This document shows, piece after piece, positions 40,216-52,100 of a DNA stretch of 64,000 nt (positions within the stretch are counted from its first letter, which is position 1; the number at the start of each line of letters is the position of its first letter). The position numbers and the translations under genes were made by a program. Source of the DNA: Polyangiaceae bacterium (GTDB lineage Bacteria > Myxococcota_A > Polyangia > Polyangiales > Polyangiaceae); NCBI GenBank assembly GCA_016712345.1, contig JADJRH010000002.1, positions 264,466-328,465 of the forward strand. Direction: 5' to 3'. The notes beneath the pieces were generated by a model, which did no database searches, had not been told where the DNA came from, and saw nothing but the letters and a program-made list of their open reading frames with translations.

Positions 40216-41565
40216 GTGGATAGAGAAGATATTGCTGCGCTCATGACGGCTCACGGGCAACGGGCGCAGGAGGTTGCCTCGCTCCACATCTTGCGAGCGT
40301 CTTCCCTCACACCGGCAGCGCACCTTTTTTTGGTCGACCACGCGAGTGAACTCGCAACCCTCGATCTGACTCGTTGGCTCAGCATCGCAGCCAACGAAAA
40401 ACGGCTTGATGTGCTTAATGCGTTTGAGCGTTTGGCGCTTGAAAACGCCGCCCGGTTTGAATTTGAGGTGGCACGCGCCCCCAAGTCGGCGCTCACCGCC
40501 GCCGAAAAACAGGCGCTCATCACTCGATTGCAAGGTAAAGCTTCGGCTGGGGTGATCTCGGCGTTGTCAGGTGAGTCACCCACGGCGCCGCCGCCGCTCG
40601 CTTCGGAGTGGAATCCGGCAGATTTGCTCGGGGATGAACCGTTCCCGCCCGCAGGCGCATCCACCCATGCCGACACAGCGGGTGCGCCAACTGAAAGTTT
40701 GTCCGATCTTCTCGGTGACGACCTCGATTTTTTCGACGGTTCGGGTGGGGAAGAGCCGTCCGAGCTACCCATGTTTGCGCCGGTGAGTGCCTGTCCAAAT
40801 CTAACTCAACTGCTCACGCGGTGGCAGGGGGCGTCATCCACCCGGGCGCGATCCGCACTCAAAAAAGAGGCGCTCGCGCTCGCCGCCGATCTCGGTGAAG
40901 ATTGGAGTACACACGTTTCAGAATTGCCCGCGTTTATGCGCGATGCGGCCATTTTAAGGGCGCGCTCTTCCAACCGCCCCGCCGAAAGGGCGGCATTGTT
41001 GGAGTGGCTGCTGCTGCACAAAGCCCCGCTTGGGTTATTAACCGACTTGGCAACAAGCCTTTTTGAGTCTACCCAGGCGGCTGAGGGTGTGCGGCAGTGG
41101 GTTGCTCAAAGTTATCTCCCCAAGCTCTACTCCACCAAGCCCGCCTGGACAAAGCATGGCAAGGTGGTTTTGTGGGCGCTTATCTCGCGCCGGGGGTTTG
41201 GAGAACTGGATGAATTTCTAACCAGCACGGTGTCAGGAACCGGGCCGGCAATGGTGCCGCAGTCGGGTGGGGGAGAAGCGCTCATTCCAGCCATTTTTAC
41301 GGCATTTTCAGCGGCTCTCCTCGAACAGTTGGAACGCGCTGTACAGAGCGGTTCACCCTCGGCAGTTGGGCTCAGCGCCGCCCTGACGGTGCTTGGTGTT
41401 TCCAAAAAAGCAGAGGCTCAACTCGGTCGTTTGCGCCGCAAAAAAAAGGCAAAAGGGCCCACTGCCCGGCTGCTTTCCAAGGTGCCATTCCGCTCGTCGC
41501 GCCCCGGCCTCACCCTCACCGACCTGATTACCACCGTGCACGTCCTTGCCGGCACCTTGCCGTAA
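40216..41565 (+). CDS. hypothetical Ala/Leu-rich protein
   Basis: ORF only. Acidic low-complexity centre and Lys-rich C-terminus (RLRRKKKAKG). Confidence 0.3.
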   Translation: MDREDIAALMTAHGQRAQEVASLHILRASSLTPAAHLFLVDHASELATLDLTRWLSIAANEKRLDVLNAFERLALENAARFEFEVARAPKSALTAAEKQALITRLQGKASAGVISALSGESPTAPPPLASEWNPADLLGDEPFPPAGASTHADTAGAPTESLSDLLGDDLDFFDGSGGEEPSELPMFAPVSACPNLTQLLTRWQGASSTRARSALKKEALALAADLGEDWSTHVSELPAFMRDAAILRARSSNRPAERAALLEWLLLHKAPLGLLTDLATSLFESTQAAEGVRQWVAQSYLPKLYSTKPAWTKHGKVVLWALISRRGFGELDEFLTSTVSGTGPAMVPQSGGGEALIPAIFTAFSAALLEQLERAVQSGSPSAVGLSAALTVLGVSKKAEAQLGRLRRKKKAKGPTARLLSKVPFRSSRPGLTLTDLITTVHVLAGTLP

Positions 41566-41637
41566 TCAACAAGGTCTTTGTGGGGCGCCTGAAGTAACGC
41601 TTGCCAAAAGTCCCGGTGCGGGGGCACAATCGCTGCC

Positions 41638-43092
41638 ATGTTTGCAGTCATTGTGGGCTCCGGGTTTGCCGGTTTGGCAATGGCGATCGCGCTCAAAAAA
41701 GCCAACATCCACGATTTTGTGGTGCTTGAAAAAGCCGGCAGTATCGGTGGTACGTGGAGAGACAACGTGTATCCCGGATGTGCCTGCGACATCCCTTCTC
41801 ACCTCTACTCATTTTCATTTGAGCCCAATCCAAGGTGGTCAGCCACCTATTCACCGCAGCCTGAAATTCGAGCGTACATCGAACACTGCGCCGATAAATA
41901 TGACCTTCGGAAGCACATTCAGCTAAACACAGAAGCCACGGGCGCAGTCCTCCATGAGAAAAGCGGCTCGTGGACAGTCAACACGTCCGACGGCAAAAGC
42001 CTCACCGCGCGGGCAGTGGTGGGTGGGCTCGGCCCGCTCCATCGGTTTTCGTTTCCGAACATTTTGGGCCGTGAAACCTTTCAAGGGAAGATGTTTCACT
42101 CCGCGGGTTGGGACTCATCGTTTGACCCGGCGGGCAAACGCATTGCGGTGATCGGCACCGGCGCCAGCGCCATTCAATTTGTACCCGAACTCCAAAAGTC
42201 CGCCGGTAGAATTCACTTGTTTCAACGCACTGCACCCTGGGTATTGCCCAGGTTTGAGAAGAACTATACCGACTTTGACAAGGCCCTTTTTGAAAAGCTT
42301 CCGTTCGCGCAGAGGGCGTTTCGAGAATTTATCTTTTGGACACTTGAAGCGCGGGGCTACGGATTTGTAAAAAATCCAAATTTCCTCAAATTCATGCAGC
42401 GATTTGCGGTCAGGCACATTGAACGGTCGGTAAAAGACCCAGTGCTTCGAGCCAAGCTCATTCCCAATTATCGAATGGGGTGCAAGCGCATCCTTATGTC
42501 AAACACCTATTATCCGGCGCTCAGTCAACCCAACGTAGAAGTTATTACAGACGGTATTCAAAAAATCACACCCACCGGGGTGGTGGCCGGTGATGGTATG
42601 GAACGCGCGGTGGATGCCGTGATTTTCGGCACCGGGTTTGATGTGCATGACTACTTGGGGCACCTTAATGTAAAGGGCCTCGGCGGTGCCGATTTGGGAG
42701 AGTTGTGGGCTCGCGAGGGCGCGCAGGCGCACATGGGTACCGAGATCAACGGGTTTCCCAACTTCTACCTGCTTGTGGGCCCCAACACGGGTCTTGGTCA
42801 CAACTCCATGATCTACATGATTGAGGCTCAGGTAAATCACGTGCTCCAGTGTCTATTGCACGTGGCCGACCGCCCCAATTCGCTTCTTAACGTGCGGTCC
42901 GATGTGCAGCGGTCGTACAATGATGAACTTCAGGCTCGGCTGAGAAACACCGTGTGGCAAACCGGCTGTTCGTCTTGGTATCTCGACTCGCAGGGTCGCA
43001 ATACCACCTTGTGGCCGGGCTATTGTTTCCAATTCCAATCGATCACGCGCAGGTTTCAACCTTCCGACTATGAAATGATCTCCCCGTCGTAA
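41638..43092 (+). CDS. flavin-containing (Baeyer-Villiger-type) monooxygenase
   Basis: FAD motif VIVGSGFAGL, GGTW, FxGxxxHxxxW-like FQGKMFHSAGW, second Rossmann IAVIGTGASAIQ. Confidence 0.75.
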   Translation: MFAVIVGSGFAGLAMAIALKKANIHDFVVLEKAGSIGGTWRDNVYPGCACDIPSHLYSFSFEPNPRWSATYSPQPEIRAYIEHCADKYDLRKHIQLNTEATGAVLHEKSGSWTVNTSDGKSLTARAVVGGLGPLHRFSFPNILGRETFQGKMFHSAGWDSSFDPAGKRIAVIGTGASAIQFVPELQKSAGRIHLFQRTAPWVLPRFEKNYTDFDKALFEKLPFAQRAFREFIFWTLEARGYGFVKNPNFLKFMQRFAVRHIERSVKDPVLRAKLIPNYRMGCKRILMSNTYYPALSQPNVEVITDGIQKITPTGVVAGDGMERAVDAVIFGTGFDVHDYLGHLNVKGLGGADLGELWAREGAQAHMGTEINGFPNFYLLVGPNTGLGHNSMIYMIEAQVNHVLQCLLHVADRPNSLLNVRSDVQRSYNDELQARLRNTVWQTGCSSWYLDSQGRNTTLWPGYCFQFQSITRRFQPSDYEMISPS

Positions 43093-43350
43093 CCCGCCCT
43101 GCGCACAAGGCCTACACGAAGCGACGAGAACAATCTGGAGAAGGCGACGGCTGTTGAGCGCGGTGTACACATGCGCCCGAAAAAAAAGACGTGCACCTTA
43201 TGGCGTATTGACAACCCGTGTCTTTTCGGATGATTGTGAAAGTGCCCCGATCGCTGTTCAGATCGAAACCCGGCGTGGCTCAAGCGTCACGGCACATCAT
43301 GACCCGGCGCGGGCGTGTCGGCCGGGCGCAGCGGAAAAACACTGGCATCT

Positions 43351-46341
43351 ATGCCTTCGGCAGCTCCCGAGAAGAAGCCCAATTCGCTGATCCGTTGGAT
43401 CTGGTGGTCCTATTTTCGTACCGCGCTCGTTCCGCTTCTGCTTGTCGAAGTGGCGCTGGTGCTTGTGTACGTAGCCGCCAACAACAACGCGCGCGAAAAA
43501 AATACGGAGGCCATTCGAAACGTCGCACATGATGAGCTGTCTCGCCTGACGGTTCGCGAGGCGGCACTGCTCGATGCTGAGTTGCAGGGAGTGCGTTCAG
43601 GCGTCGCGGTGTATTCCGAAGCTACCCTCCGAGCCCTCACCGAACCGCTTCCGTCCGAGTTTCCGCGCGAGGAGGCAATGGCCAAATATGCCGTCACCGC
43701 AGCGGGTATGACCTATAGTCCAACACCCCAGGGTGGGACCGGTTTTTTCTACTCAAGTCGCACCAAAATCGGTGAAGTCGAGCGCGAGAAAATGCTGAGT
43801 TCGGAACGTCTCGCGCCTATGATGAAAGCGTTTGTGGACCACAACAAACTTGTGACGCAGGTGTATGTCAACACCCACGACACAATGAATCGGATCTACC
43901 CATTTTTAGACATTCCCAAGTTGTTTCGATCCGACTTGGATGTCACCATTTATAATTTCTACTACGAGGCCGATGCCGCCCACAATCCGTCGCGAGCAAT
44001 TGTCTGGACCGATGCTTATGTCGATCCCGCGGGACAAGGGTGGATGGCGTCGTGCATTGCCCCGGTTTACAAGGGTGACTTTTTAGAAGCTGTTGTCGGA
44101 TTTGATGTGACGGTTGCCCGGCTGGTCAAACAGGTGCTTGACCTTCAAATTCCCTGGCGTGGGTATGGAGTGTTAATTGGTAAAACGGGCACCATCATGG
44201 CGCTGCCCCAGGGCGGCGAGGTGGACTTTAACCTTACCGAACTGACAAAGCACGACTACCAAAGTTACATCCTTCAAGACACCTTCAAACCTGAAAACTT
44301 TAATCTCTACAAGCGCGCCGAGTTGGGCAATCTCCCCGCCGAGATGACCGGTCGAAAAAGTGGAATGATGCACCTAACCCTGGCGGGCGTTTCCAAAGTG
44401 GTTGCCTGGAGTACGGTGGAAGGTACGGGGTGGAAACTGCTTGTAGTGGTGCCCCAGGCCAACATCGACGCCCACGCCACAACGCTCGGCGAAGAGCTGG
44501 GCATCGTCGCGTTTTACATGGTAGGTGGACTCGCGGGCTTTTATTTGATCTTTTTTGCGTGGCTTTACCGCCGGGCCAGGCGCCAGGCCGGCCGGTTGGC
44601 GGAGCCGCTCGCCCACATTCAACAGTTGGTGGCGGCCATTGGAAAAGGTCAATACGAACAAACGGTGAAACCCGTTTTTGTACAAGAGCTGGATGATACT
44701 CAACGCGGCGTTGTGGAAATGGGTGAGCACCTGGGCGAGATTGAGCGCGACAGGCTGGCTGCTCAAAAAGACCTTCAGGCCGCAAAAGACCAGGCGGAAC
44801 AGGCGGCCAAGGCCAAGAGTGAATTTTTGGCCCGAATGAGCCATGAAATTCGAACACCCATGAACGGTGTGCTCGGAATGACCGACCTTCTCCTGGAGAC
44901 AAAACTCGATTCTACCCAACATGAATATGCAAAAATTGTAAAAGACTCCGCCCAGGGGCTTCTTCAGGTTATTAACGACATCCTCGACTTTTCAAGGGTT
45001 GACGCGGGTAGAATGGAGCTTGCCAAGGCCCCGCTTCGCATTGTGGACTTGGTAGAAGGTACACTTGATCTGGTGGCTCCGCGGGCCGATGAAAAGGGAT
45101 TGCGCCTATCGTTTCGAGTGAAAAAGGACGTGCCCGATATTGTGATAGGCGACGTTGGGCGTCTCCGTCAGATTCTGCTCAACTTGGTTGGCAATGCCGT
45201 CAAGTTTACAGCAAGCGGAGGGGCGACGGTGACCGTTTCCGCGCCCGAACAGGGGGAAGAAACAACCCTGCTGCGGTTTGAAGTCTCCGATACAGGTATT
45301 GGAGTAAAAAAAGAAGACCAAGCCCTCATTTTTGACCCATTTGCCCAGGCCGACGCGTCGTTTTCCAGAACCTACGGTGGAACCGGGCTTGGACTTGCGA
45401 TCTGCAAACAACTCGTATCACTGATGGGAGGTCAAATCGGCATTCAGAGTGAATTGGGAAAAGGCGCCAAGTTCTGGTTTGAAGTCCCGGTGCAAAACGT
45501 TCCCAGCTCAAAACCGGCGGTGTCCACTCTCCCTGAACTTCAGAGCGTGCGTGCCTTGCTTGTAAAAGAAGAAGGACCATGGTGTGTTGCACTTGCTGAG
45601 CGAATGCGCGATTTGGGAGTGACGGTTCAAGTGGCGCACACGCTTGAAAGCGCGTTGGCCGCTGTGCGAAGCGATCCTTCGGTCGAGGTTGTTTTTATCG
45701 ATGCCACATTTGACCGCGATCGAATCACCGAGGTCGTCGCCGCGTTCAGATTGGAAACAAAGGCGCCGGATCTACCCATTGTTCTTTTGTGCAATGCAGG
45801 TTCAACCGAGTTCAATTCCCAACCGTTTGAGCGGCTCCGAAAGCCGATTCATCATCGAATGCTCGTGGCCATGTTGCGAAGGGCGGCTGCGCTCAAAAAC
45901 GGACTGGATGTTCCAGTTGATTCGGTTTCGAGCCCGCCGTCGTCGCGGCGCACTCCTTCAGGAAGGTCGGTGCTTTTGGTGGAGGACAACCTTGTAAATC
46001 GAAAAGTGGCGGATCTCATGCTCCGCACGTTGGGGTGCAATGTGACAGTTGTTACCAACGGAAAAGAAGCGGTAGAGGCCACACAAAACCGCCGGTTTGA
46101 TCTGATTCTAATGGACGTGCAAATGCCGGGAATGGATGGGCATGAAGCCGCTCGTCTCATTCGGCAAGCCGAAAACCGGCCGGGCGAACCTCGAACACCG
46201 ATTGTCGCGCTGACGGCACATGCGTTGTTGACAGATCGTGAACGCAGTCTTCAAAGTGGAATGGATGACCACCTGTCAAAGCCGGTGAACATGAACGAAC
46301 TGTCGGCGGTACTCAAAAAGTGGACACCCCCCGCAAGCTGA
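43351..46341 (+). CDS. hybrid sensor histidine kinase / response regulator with periplasmic Cache-like sensor
   Basis: Two TM segments flank an approximately 330-aa periplasmic domain. H-box [20 protein letters not shown]-boxes ([21 protein letters not shown]). A degenerate REC is followed by a canonical REC ([12 protein letters not shown]...[14 protein letters not shown]). Confidence 0.85.
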   Translation: MPSAAPEKKPNSLIRWIWWSYFRTALVPLLLVEVALVLVYVAANNNAREKNTEAIRNVAHDELSRLTVREAALLDAELQGVRSGVAVYSEATLRALTEPLPSEFPREEAMAKYAVTAAGMTYSPTPQGGTGFFYSSRTKIGEVEREKMLSSERLAPMMKAFVDHNKLVTQVYVNTHDTMNRIYPFLDIPKLFRSDLDVTIYNFYYEADAAHNPSRAIVWTDAYVDPAGQGWMASCIAPVYKGDFLEAVVGFDVTVARLVKQVLDLQIPWRGYGVLIGKTGTIMALPQGGEVDFNLTELTKHDYQSYILQDTFKPENFNLYKRAELGNLPAEMTGRKSGMMHLTLAGVSKVVAWSTVEGTGWKLLVVVPQANIDAHATTLGEELGIVAFYMVGGLAGFYLIFFAWLYRRARRQAGRLAEPLAHIQQLVAAIGKGQYEQTVKPVFVQELDDTQRGVVEMGEHLGEIERDRLAAQKDLQAAKDQAEQAAKAKSEFLARMSHEIRTPMNGVLGMTDLLLETKLDSTQHEYAKIVKDSAQGLLQVINDILDFSRVDAGRMELAKAPLRIVDLVEGTLDLVAPRADEKGLRLSFRVKKDVPDIVIGDVGRLRQILLNLVGNAVKFTASGGATVTVSAPEQGEETTLLRFEVSDTGIGVKKEDQALIFDPFAQADASFSRTYGGTGLGLAICKQLVSLMGGQIGIQSELGKGAKFWFEVPVQNVPSSKPAVSTLPELQSVRALLVKEEGPWCVALAERMRDLGVTVQVAHTLESALAAVRSDPSVEVVFIDATFDRDRITEVVAAFRLETKAPDLPIVLLCNAGSTEFNSQPFERLRKPIHHRMLVAMLRRAAALKNGLDVPVDSVSSPPSSRRTPSGRSVLLVEDNLVNRKVADLMLRTLGCNVTVVTNGKEAVEATQNRRFDLILMDVQMPGMDGHEAARLIRQAENRPGEPRTPIVALTAHALLTDRERSLQSGMDDHLSKPVNMNELSAVLKKWTPPAS

Positions 46342-46345
46342 CTCG

Positions 46346-47527
46346 CTAAAAGCCGCAGTTTTTGTTGCCCGGTGCGTGTGACATGGGCGCCTTACCCTTT
46401 TTTGTGACAATTGTCTGAGGGTCACCGTTGGCTGAATAATACCAGTCTTTGGTGGGTTTCTTGTGCTTCAGGTAAGAAGCAATATCGGTGGCTGTTTCTT
46501 CAGGTGTGGCCCACTGGGTGTTGTGACCCAGGTCGTCGATCTGAATGCCAAGCTCCGAGAGAGGCCTCTTCCCATATTGCTTAAAGTAATAACTCATGTC
46601 GCAGGCCGAAGCCGGCACGTCGAGTGATTCGCGCAGCGCGGCTTGATCGGTGTCGTAGAAGAACGCGTCTTGGGTTGCCCAAATGATAAATGTCGGCACT
46701 GTCAGACTCTTCAAACGTTCGGTGTTGTCCACCTGTGAAAGTGCCCGTGCAGCTCCAATCCATGTTCCCATTTTTGTGGAAGCCGTTTCAGGCACGATCT
46801 CCGCCAAAAAGTCTTGATCGGCGGCGGGATCAACCACCCAGCCGTAGGTTACCCACGACAGCGCGTCGGCATTGGCATCGAGCGGGGTCAGGTTGTAAAC
46901 GTCGTCGGGGAATGTGTACCCCTGCGCTTCAAACCCGGCTTTCCAGCTTCCCTCCACAGGCTCGTTGATGATAAACTCCTGCAAGACAAAGTTGCCCTGA
47001 ATTTTGCCGGACGTTCCGATGAGCACCATGCGATCTACCCGTTCCGGGTAGGTGAGCCCCAGCTCCTGCGCCACGAAGCTACCCATTGAGTGGCCCACAA
47101 TTGCCGCCGAATCAATGCATTTTTGATCCATGAAAGCAATCACGTCGTTTGCCAGGTCAATTGGTCGAAAGCAGTTTTCAGGTGCGTGCGCACAGGAAGC
47201 GGCAGGAGGCATTGACGAGGCGCCGTGCCCGCGTTGATCCAAGGCAAAAATATGCAGGTTTGGATTTTTTTGAGCAAGGGCCGTGGCCGTTGGATAAAAC
47301 GAGCGCGATGTGTCTGTATAGCCGTGCAGGAAGATCACGGGTTTTCCTGCCGGATTTCCCATTTCAATGTAGGCCAGATCAATGCCTGTTGAAAGGGAGA
47401 TGGTCTGTTTGGAAAGCGTCACCGCTTGAACAGACGTTGCCGGTGCTTCGGGTTCTTCCGCATGACAACCCGCCAAACACGCACCGACTGCCAACATTCC
47501 CCACGCAGATTTCGTGGAATACCGCAT
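46346..47527 (-). CDS. alpha/beta hydrolase lipoprotein
   Basis: Lipobox LAVGACLAGC. HGYTDTS, nucleophile elbow GHSMGS. Confidence 0.7.
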   Translation of the reverse strand: MRYSTKSAWGMLAVGACLAGCHAEEPEAPATSVQAVTLSKQTISLSTGIDLAYIEMGNPAGKPVIFLHGYTDTSRSFYPTATALAQKNPNLHIFALDQRGHGASSMPPAASCAHAPENCFRPIDLANDVIAFMDQKCIDSAAIVGHSMGSFVAQELGLTYPERVDRMVLIGTSGKIQGNFVLQEFIINEPVEGSWKAGFEAQGYTFPDDVYNLTPLDANADALSWVTYGWVVDPAADQDFLAEIVPETASTKMGTWIGAARALSQVDNTERLKSLTVPTFIIWATQDAFFYDTDQAALRESLDVPASACDMSYYFKQYGKRPLSELGIQIDDLGHNTQWATPEETATDIASYLKHKKPTKDWYYSANGDPQTIVTKKGKAPMSHAPGNKNCGF

Positions 47528-47813
47528 CTGTGATCGCTCCTTATTTTGCGCGAAACTCGCGTGTGCTCCTCTCGAACGCTGGGGTCAAACCGGAGGGTGA
47601 AAACCAACGTTCAGGTTGGGATTGACCTCAGATTGCGCCCGCGGGAAGGGAGCAGTCTTGGACGCAGAAGCAAGACTGCGACCAAGAGCACGAGATTACC
47701 AAATTGGGTGGGTCAATGGAACGGTTCCTTGAGCGCTCACGTGAATTTCATGAGTGAATGTGCAAACGTGTGCCGCCGGGTGCGAGGACAATCGTCCGCA
47801 GGTGTCGCTCAAC

Positions 47814-49040
47814 TCAACCGCACTCCACTCGAACCGTGGAGATAATGTGTTGGAGGGTTTTCTGTACCACTTCGGTTCGTTCGTGCCGAACAAGGAGGTA
47901 GCCGTCGCCCTCGTACCCCGTGCCTTTGGCTTGTCCAATGGAGGGAAGTTTTGACCCCACAATCAGGTGCCCCACTTCCCGCTCCACCTGTTCAATGCCG
48001 GTGATCGCTCGAATGTTACCTGTACCCTGTCCTCGCAAATAGGCTGCTCCGGCGGCAAATCGGCGCTTCGGAGGGTCCATCTCGCCGTACACCATTACTT
48101 TGGCCCACGCGTAACAGAGGTCTATTTCGTGGGCCAAACCTACCAACGTTGTAAACTGCGCTCCCGGCGGCCTGGCCCCCACTTCAGATATCGCAATGCT
48201 GCCGTCGTTTCGTCGAAACCACTCCATGTGGCTGAGCCCCGTGTCCATACCCAATACGTCCAGCGTTTTATACGCCGCATCCCGAATGTCGTCGTATTTC
48301 GGGTCGTCGATTTCGCGCGGTAAAACAACACTCCACTGAATCCAAGGGTTGCGCAGCACCTCCAGCGGGGTGGGGTGATAGTGGGTAAGCGAATGCCAAA
48401 TGTGCTTTCCACCGATGGTGATTGTTTCAAACGAGTGTTCGTTTCCAATCACCATCTCTTCCACAAGAACCGGTCTATCGGCGCTTGGAGCCGCTTTTGA
48501 AAGCTCGGCTTTCAACTGCGCTGCGTCGTTGACTCGAAACGTTGATTCTGCACCCGCGCCGGCCGGTGGCTTGACGATCAGCGGAAACCCGAGTTCTTTG
48601 GTAGCCTCCCACAGCTCGTATTCTGAGTAAACCGTTTTGTGTTTTGCGCAGGGTATACCGGCCTCACGAAGCAGCGACTTCATCCGTCCTTTGTCGCGAA
48701 AGTTTTTGGCCGTTTCCACACTCATCCCTTCTACCCCGAGGTGTTCTCGCGCTTCGGCGAGCGCTTCTTGAATTTGTTCAACAGCGCCGAAGAGCCTATG
48801 AATCCGGTCTTCTTTCACATAAGCCTGAAGCGCTTTTGCACCGCGCTCGATCTCCGCCGAACTCGCCACGTCTTTAATGGTAAGGTAGGCCGCAACGCCG
48901 CCGAGCAGGCGCCTCGGCAACTTGTCGAACGGTTCGAGCGACAAGATACCCAACTTCATGTCGGGCAGTCGAGAGAGCGCTTCAATGAATCGAATGGCAA
49001 CGTCGGTGAAATAGGGGGCCGTAAAGATCACGAAGGGCAT
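47814..49040 (-). CDS. ATP-grasp domain protein (carboxylate-amine ligase-like)
   Basis: LGFPLIVKPPAGAGAESTFRV, EEMVIGNEHSFETI and SEVGARPPG are typical ATP-grasp B/C subdomain motifs. Confidence 0.6.
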   Translation of the reverse strand: MPFVIFTAPYFTDVAIRFIEALSRLPDMKLGILSLEPFDKLPRRLLGGVAAYLTIKDVASSAEIERGAKALQAYVKEDRIHRLFGAVEQIQEALAEAREHLGVEGMSVETAKNFRDKGRMKSLLREAGIPCAKHKTVYSEYELWEATKELGFPLIVKPPAGAGAESTFRVNDAAQLKAELSKAAPSADRPVLVEEMVIGNEHSFETITIGGKHIWHSLTHYHPTPLEVLRNPWIQWSVVLPREIDDPKYDDIRDAAYKTLDVLGMDTGLSHMEWFRRNDGSIAISEVGARPPGAQFTTLVGLAHEIDLCYAWAKVMVYGEMDPPKRRFAAGAAYLRGQGTGNIRAITGIEQVEREVGHLIVGSKLPSIGQAKGTGYEGDGYLLVRHERTEVVQKTLQHIISTVRVECG

Positions 49041-49130
49041 ACGTTTTTCCCCTCCATATCACGGCCCGACGACGTGATCATCGTTCACGCGCATTGACAT
49101 TCGTTCGAAGGGCGGGCAGCAACGTAGACC

Positions 49131-52100
49131 ATGTCATTTGCGGCGATCGGGGTATTGCTCGGCGGGCGCTACCTCTTGGAGCGACGCCTTGCCGAAGGGG
49201 GCATGGGTGCCGTTTGGCGCGCGCGCCACATCAAGCTTGACGTGCCTGTTGTCGTGAAAGTGATGACGCCCGTGCTCGCGTCGTCGTCGGAGGCGCGCAC
49301 TCGGTTTGAACGCGAAGCAAAAGCCGCTGCGCGACTTACAAGTCCGCACGTTGTTGAAGTGCACGACTACGGTGTGGAGGGCGACACGCCCTACATCGTG
49401 ATGGAACACCTTGAAGGCCAGGACTTGGCGATGCGGCTCGCTGCGCGAGGCCATCTGCGGGTGGATGAAACGGCCGAGGTGATTGACCAGATAGCAAAAG
49501 CGCTCGATGTGGCGCACGCAGCCGGCGTCGTTCATCGCGACCTGAAACCGAGTAATGTATTTTTGGCGAAAACGGGGCGCGAAGAAGTTGTCAAGGTGCT
49601 TGACTTCGGTGTTGCAAAACTTCGCTCCGAGCCGGGTATAAGCACGCTGCCGGGTATGGTGATGGGCTCACCGAGCTACATGAGCCCCGAACAGACAAAG
49701 GGAGCAACGGCGCTGGACTATCGAAGCGATTTGTGGTCGCTCGGTGTTGTCGCTTTTGAATGTCTTACCGGGGCCCTGCCGTTTGATCGCGACGACGTGA
49801 CCGATCTGATTATAGCGATCAGTCAGGCACCCGTGCCGTCGGTTACGAGTTTTGCGCCGTGGCTCAATCCTGAACTCAACTCCTTTTTTGTGCGCGCGTT
49901 GTCGCGGCCCGTTGCCACGCGTTTTCAGTCCGCGCTCGAACTTGCGGAGGCATTTGTTGCCGCGGCGGGCCTGCCGGCGCGCGTTCGCTCCACATTTTCC
50001 AGTCAGGACTCCCATTCGGTAGGTGAATCGGCGGGGGCGCGACTGTCACTTTCTACCGGCTCTCTCCACAGCGAAAAAACGGTCGCACTCAGGGCCAAAC
50101 CTTCCGATGACATTTCAACTCTCACCGGTGCACCCAAGTCCAAGTCGAGGTCGGGAGCCGCCCTCGCAAACGTGGGTGAGGTCATCGCCGGCCGTTTTGA
50201 AGTGCTTTCCGCGGCGGGTGAAGGATCCATGGGAGTTGTCTTCCACACGCATGACAAGGTCACGGGGTCACAAGCGGCTCTCAAGTTATTTCGACCGAGC
50301 GTTGTGGACACATCTCGTTTTTTCCAAGAAGCCCACGCTCTGTCAGAATCGCACCATCCCGCGGTGGTGCGGTACGTTGCTCACGGAGTGACAAGCGAAG
50401 GTCAACCTTACCTTGCGATGGAATGGGTAGACGGAATCTCCCTTGCAATGCGACTCAAGCTCGGGCCGCTGGGTGTGACTGAAAGTTTGGTGCTTGCCAT
50501 TCGGCTCGCAGAAGGGTTGGGGGCGGTTCACAGAAATGGGATTGTCCACGGCGATCTGACACCTTCCAATATTCTTCTTTCGTCGGGTAGACTCGAAGAC
50601 GCCAAAATTATCGATTTTGGAATTTCGCATCGGGGCAAAAACAGCCGGTTGAATGTTTCACAACCGCTGCAAGTTACCGGAACACCGGGTTACCTCGCAC
50701 CCGAACAAGCGTTGGCCGGACAAACAACCGACTCGCGGGCCGATGTATTCTCGCTCGGTTGTGTACTCTTTGAGTGCCTTGCGGGGCGTTCACCGTTTGC
50801 GGCCGACAGCGCATTTGCCGCAATTGGAAAGCTCACCGCGGCGCCGGTTCCCCGCCTCTCGGATATCATGCCCACGGCGCCCGCCGGGCTTGACGCCCTC
50901 CTGGGTAGATTGCTCGCCCACAATCGAGAGTCACGACCTGAAAACGGTGCCGATGCTGCCGCGCTCATGGCCGCCGTTCACGATCTCGAAGCGCCGGTGT
51001 CCCGGGGTCGTGAAGGGATGACCCAAGGCGAGCGAAAACTGGTTCCGGTGGTGCTCGTTGTTCCGGCGGCCTCACTGCCAACTCTACCCACTGTGGGGCT
51101 TCAATTGGCAGCGGATGCCGCTCAGGACGATGCAACACTCAACGTTACGACCGACGTTGTCGCGCGGAACGAGCAGCTCACTCCCATTGCGAGGCGCTAC
51201 CAATGCCGGGTTGAAATTGTTCAAGGCGGCGCGTTTGCCCTGATTGGTGAAGGCGCGGGTCTACTGGTAGATCAAGCCACCCAGGCGGCATTGTGCGCCC
51301 TCGCTGTGCACGCGGCTTTCCCCGACTCCGCGGTTTCCGTGGCCACCGGACGAAAGGGAAAACGCGGTGGAGTGCTCGACCGGGCCGCGGCGTGTTTGGT
51401 GCGCGCTTTCGGCGGTGGTGAAGGCGCCCACAACGATTTGCCGCCGGTTCTCGACGACGCTTCTTTTGGTCTTCTCGACGGTAGGTTTGACATTGACCGA
51501 TCTACCCAACATTACCTTTTGAGAGGCCGGCTCCTCCGGGAAGAAGATCAAGGGCGTTTGCTGGGCAAGGTGGTTCCGTGCGCGGGGCGCGAACCCGAAC
51601 TTTCAATCCTTGATACTCTCTACCGTGAATGTTCTGAAGAGTCGACTGCCAAGGTGGTTATTATCAAAGGCCCCGCCGGTGCCGGCAAATCCCGCCTTCG
51701 ACGCGAATTTTTGCGCCGACTTAAAGACAGGGGTGAAGTTTTTATAGAATGGGTAGGTCGAGGCGACGTGATGAACGCCGGTTCCCCATTTGCCATCCTG
51801 TCCAACGCGGTGCACTCCATGTTGGACCTCGCGGGGGGTGAACCCGACGATGTTCGACGCGCTGCGCTGCGCGAAGTCGTGGCTCGTCGTGTACCCGCTG
51901 ATAGGGTAAACAGCGTGACAGCGTTCGTTGGGGAAATGGTGGGTATACCGTTTCCCGACGACAGCGACCCGCAGATTGAAGCGGCTCGTAAAGACGCTCT
52001 TTTGTTGGGCGATCAAAGGCGCCGCGCGTTTGAAGAACTCCTTGCTGCGGAGTGCTCCAAGTCGCCTCTGGTGCTCGTTCTTGAAGACTTGCACCTGTCC

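Noticed and set aside
47650-47690. 8-bp inverted repeat CAGTCTTG...CAAGACTG downstream of the ATP-grasp gene
   Set aside because: The hairpin is short, with a 9-nt loop and no U-tract. It may be a weak terminator or a regulator site, but evidence is insufficient to call a feature.
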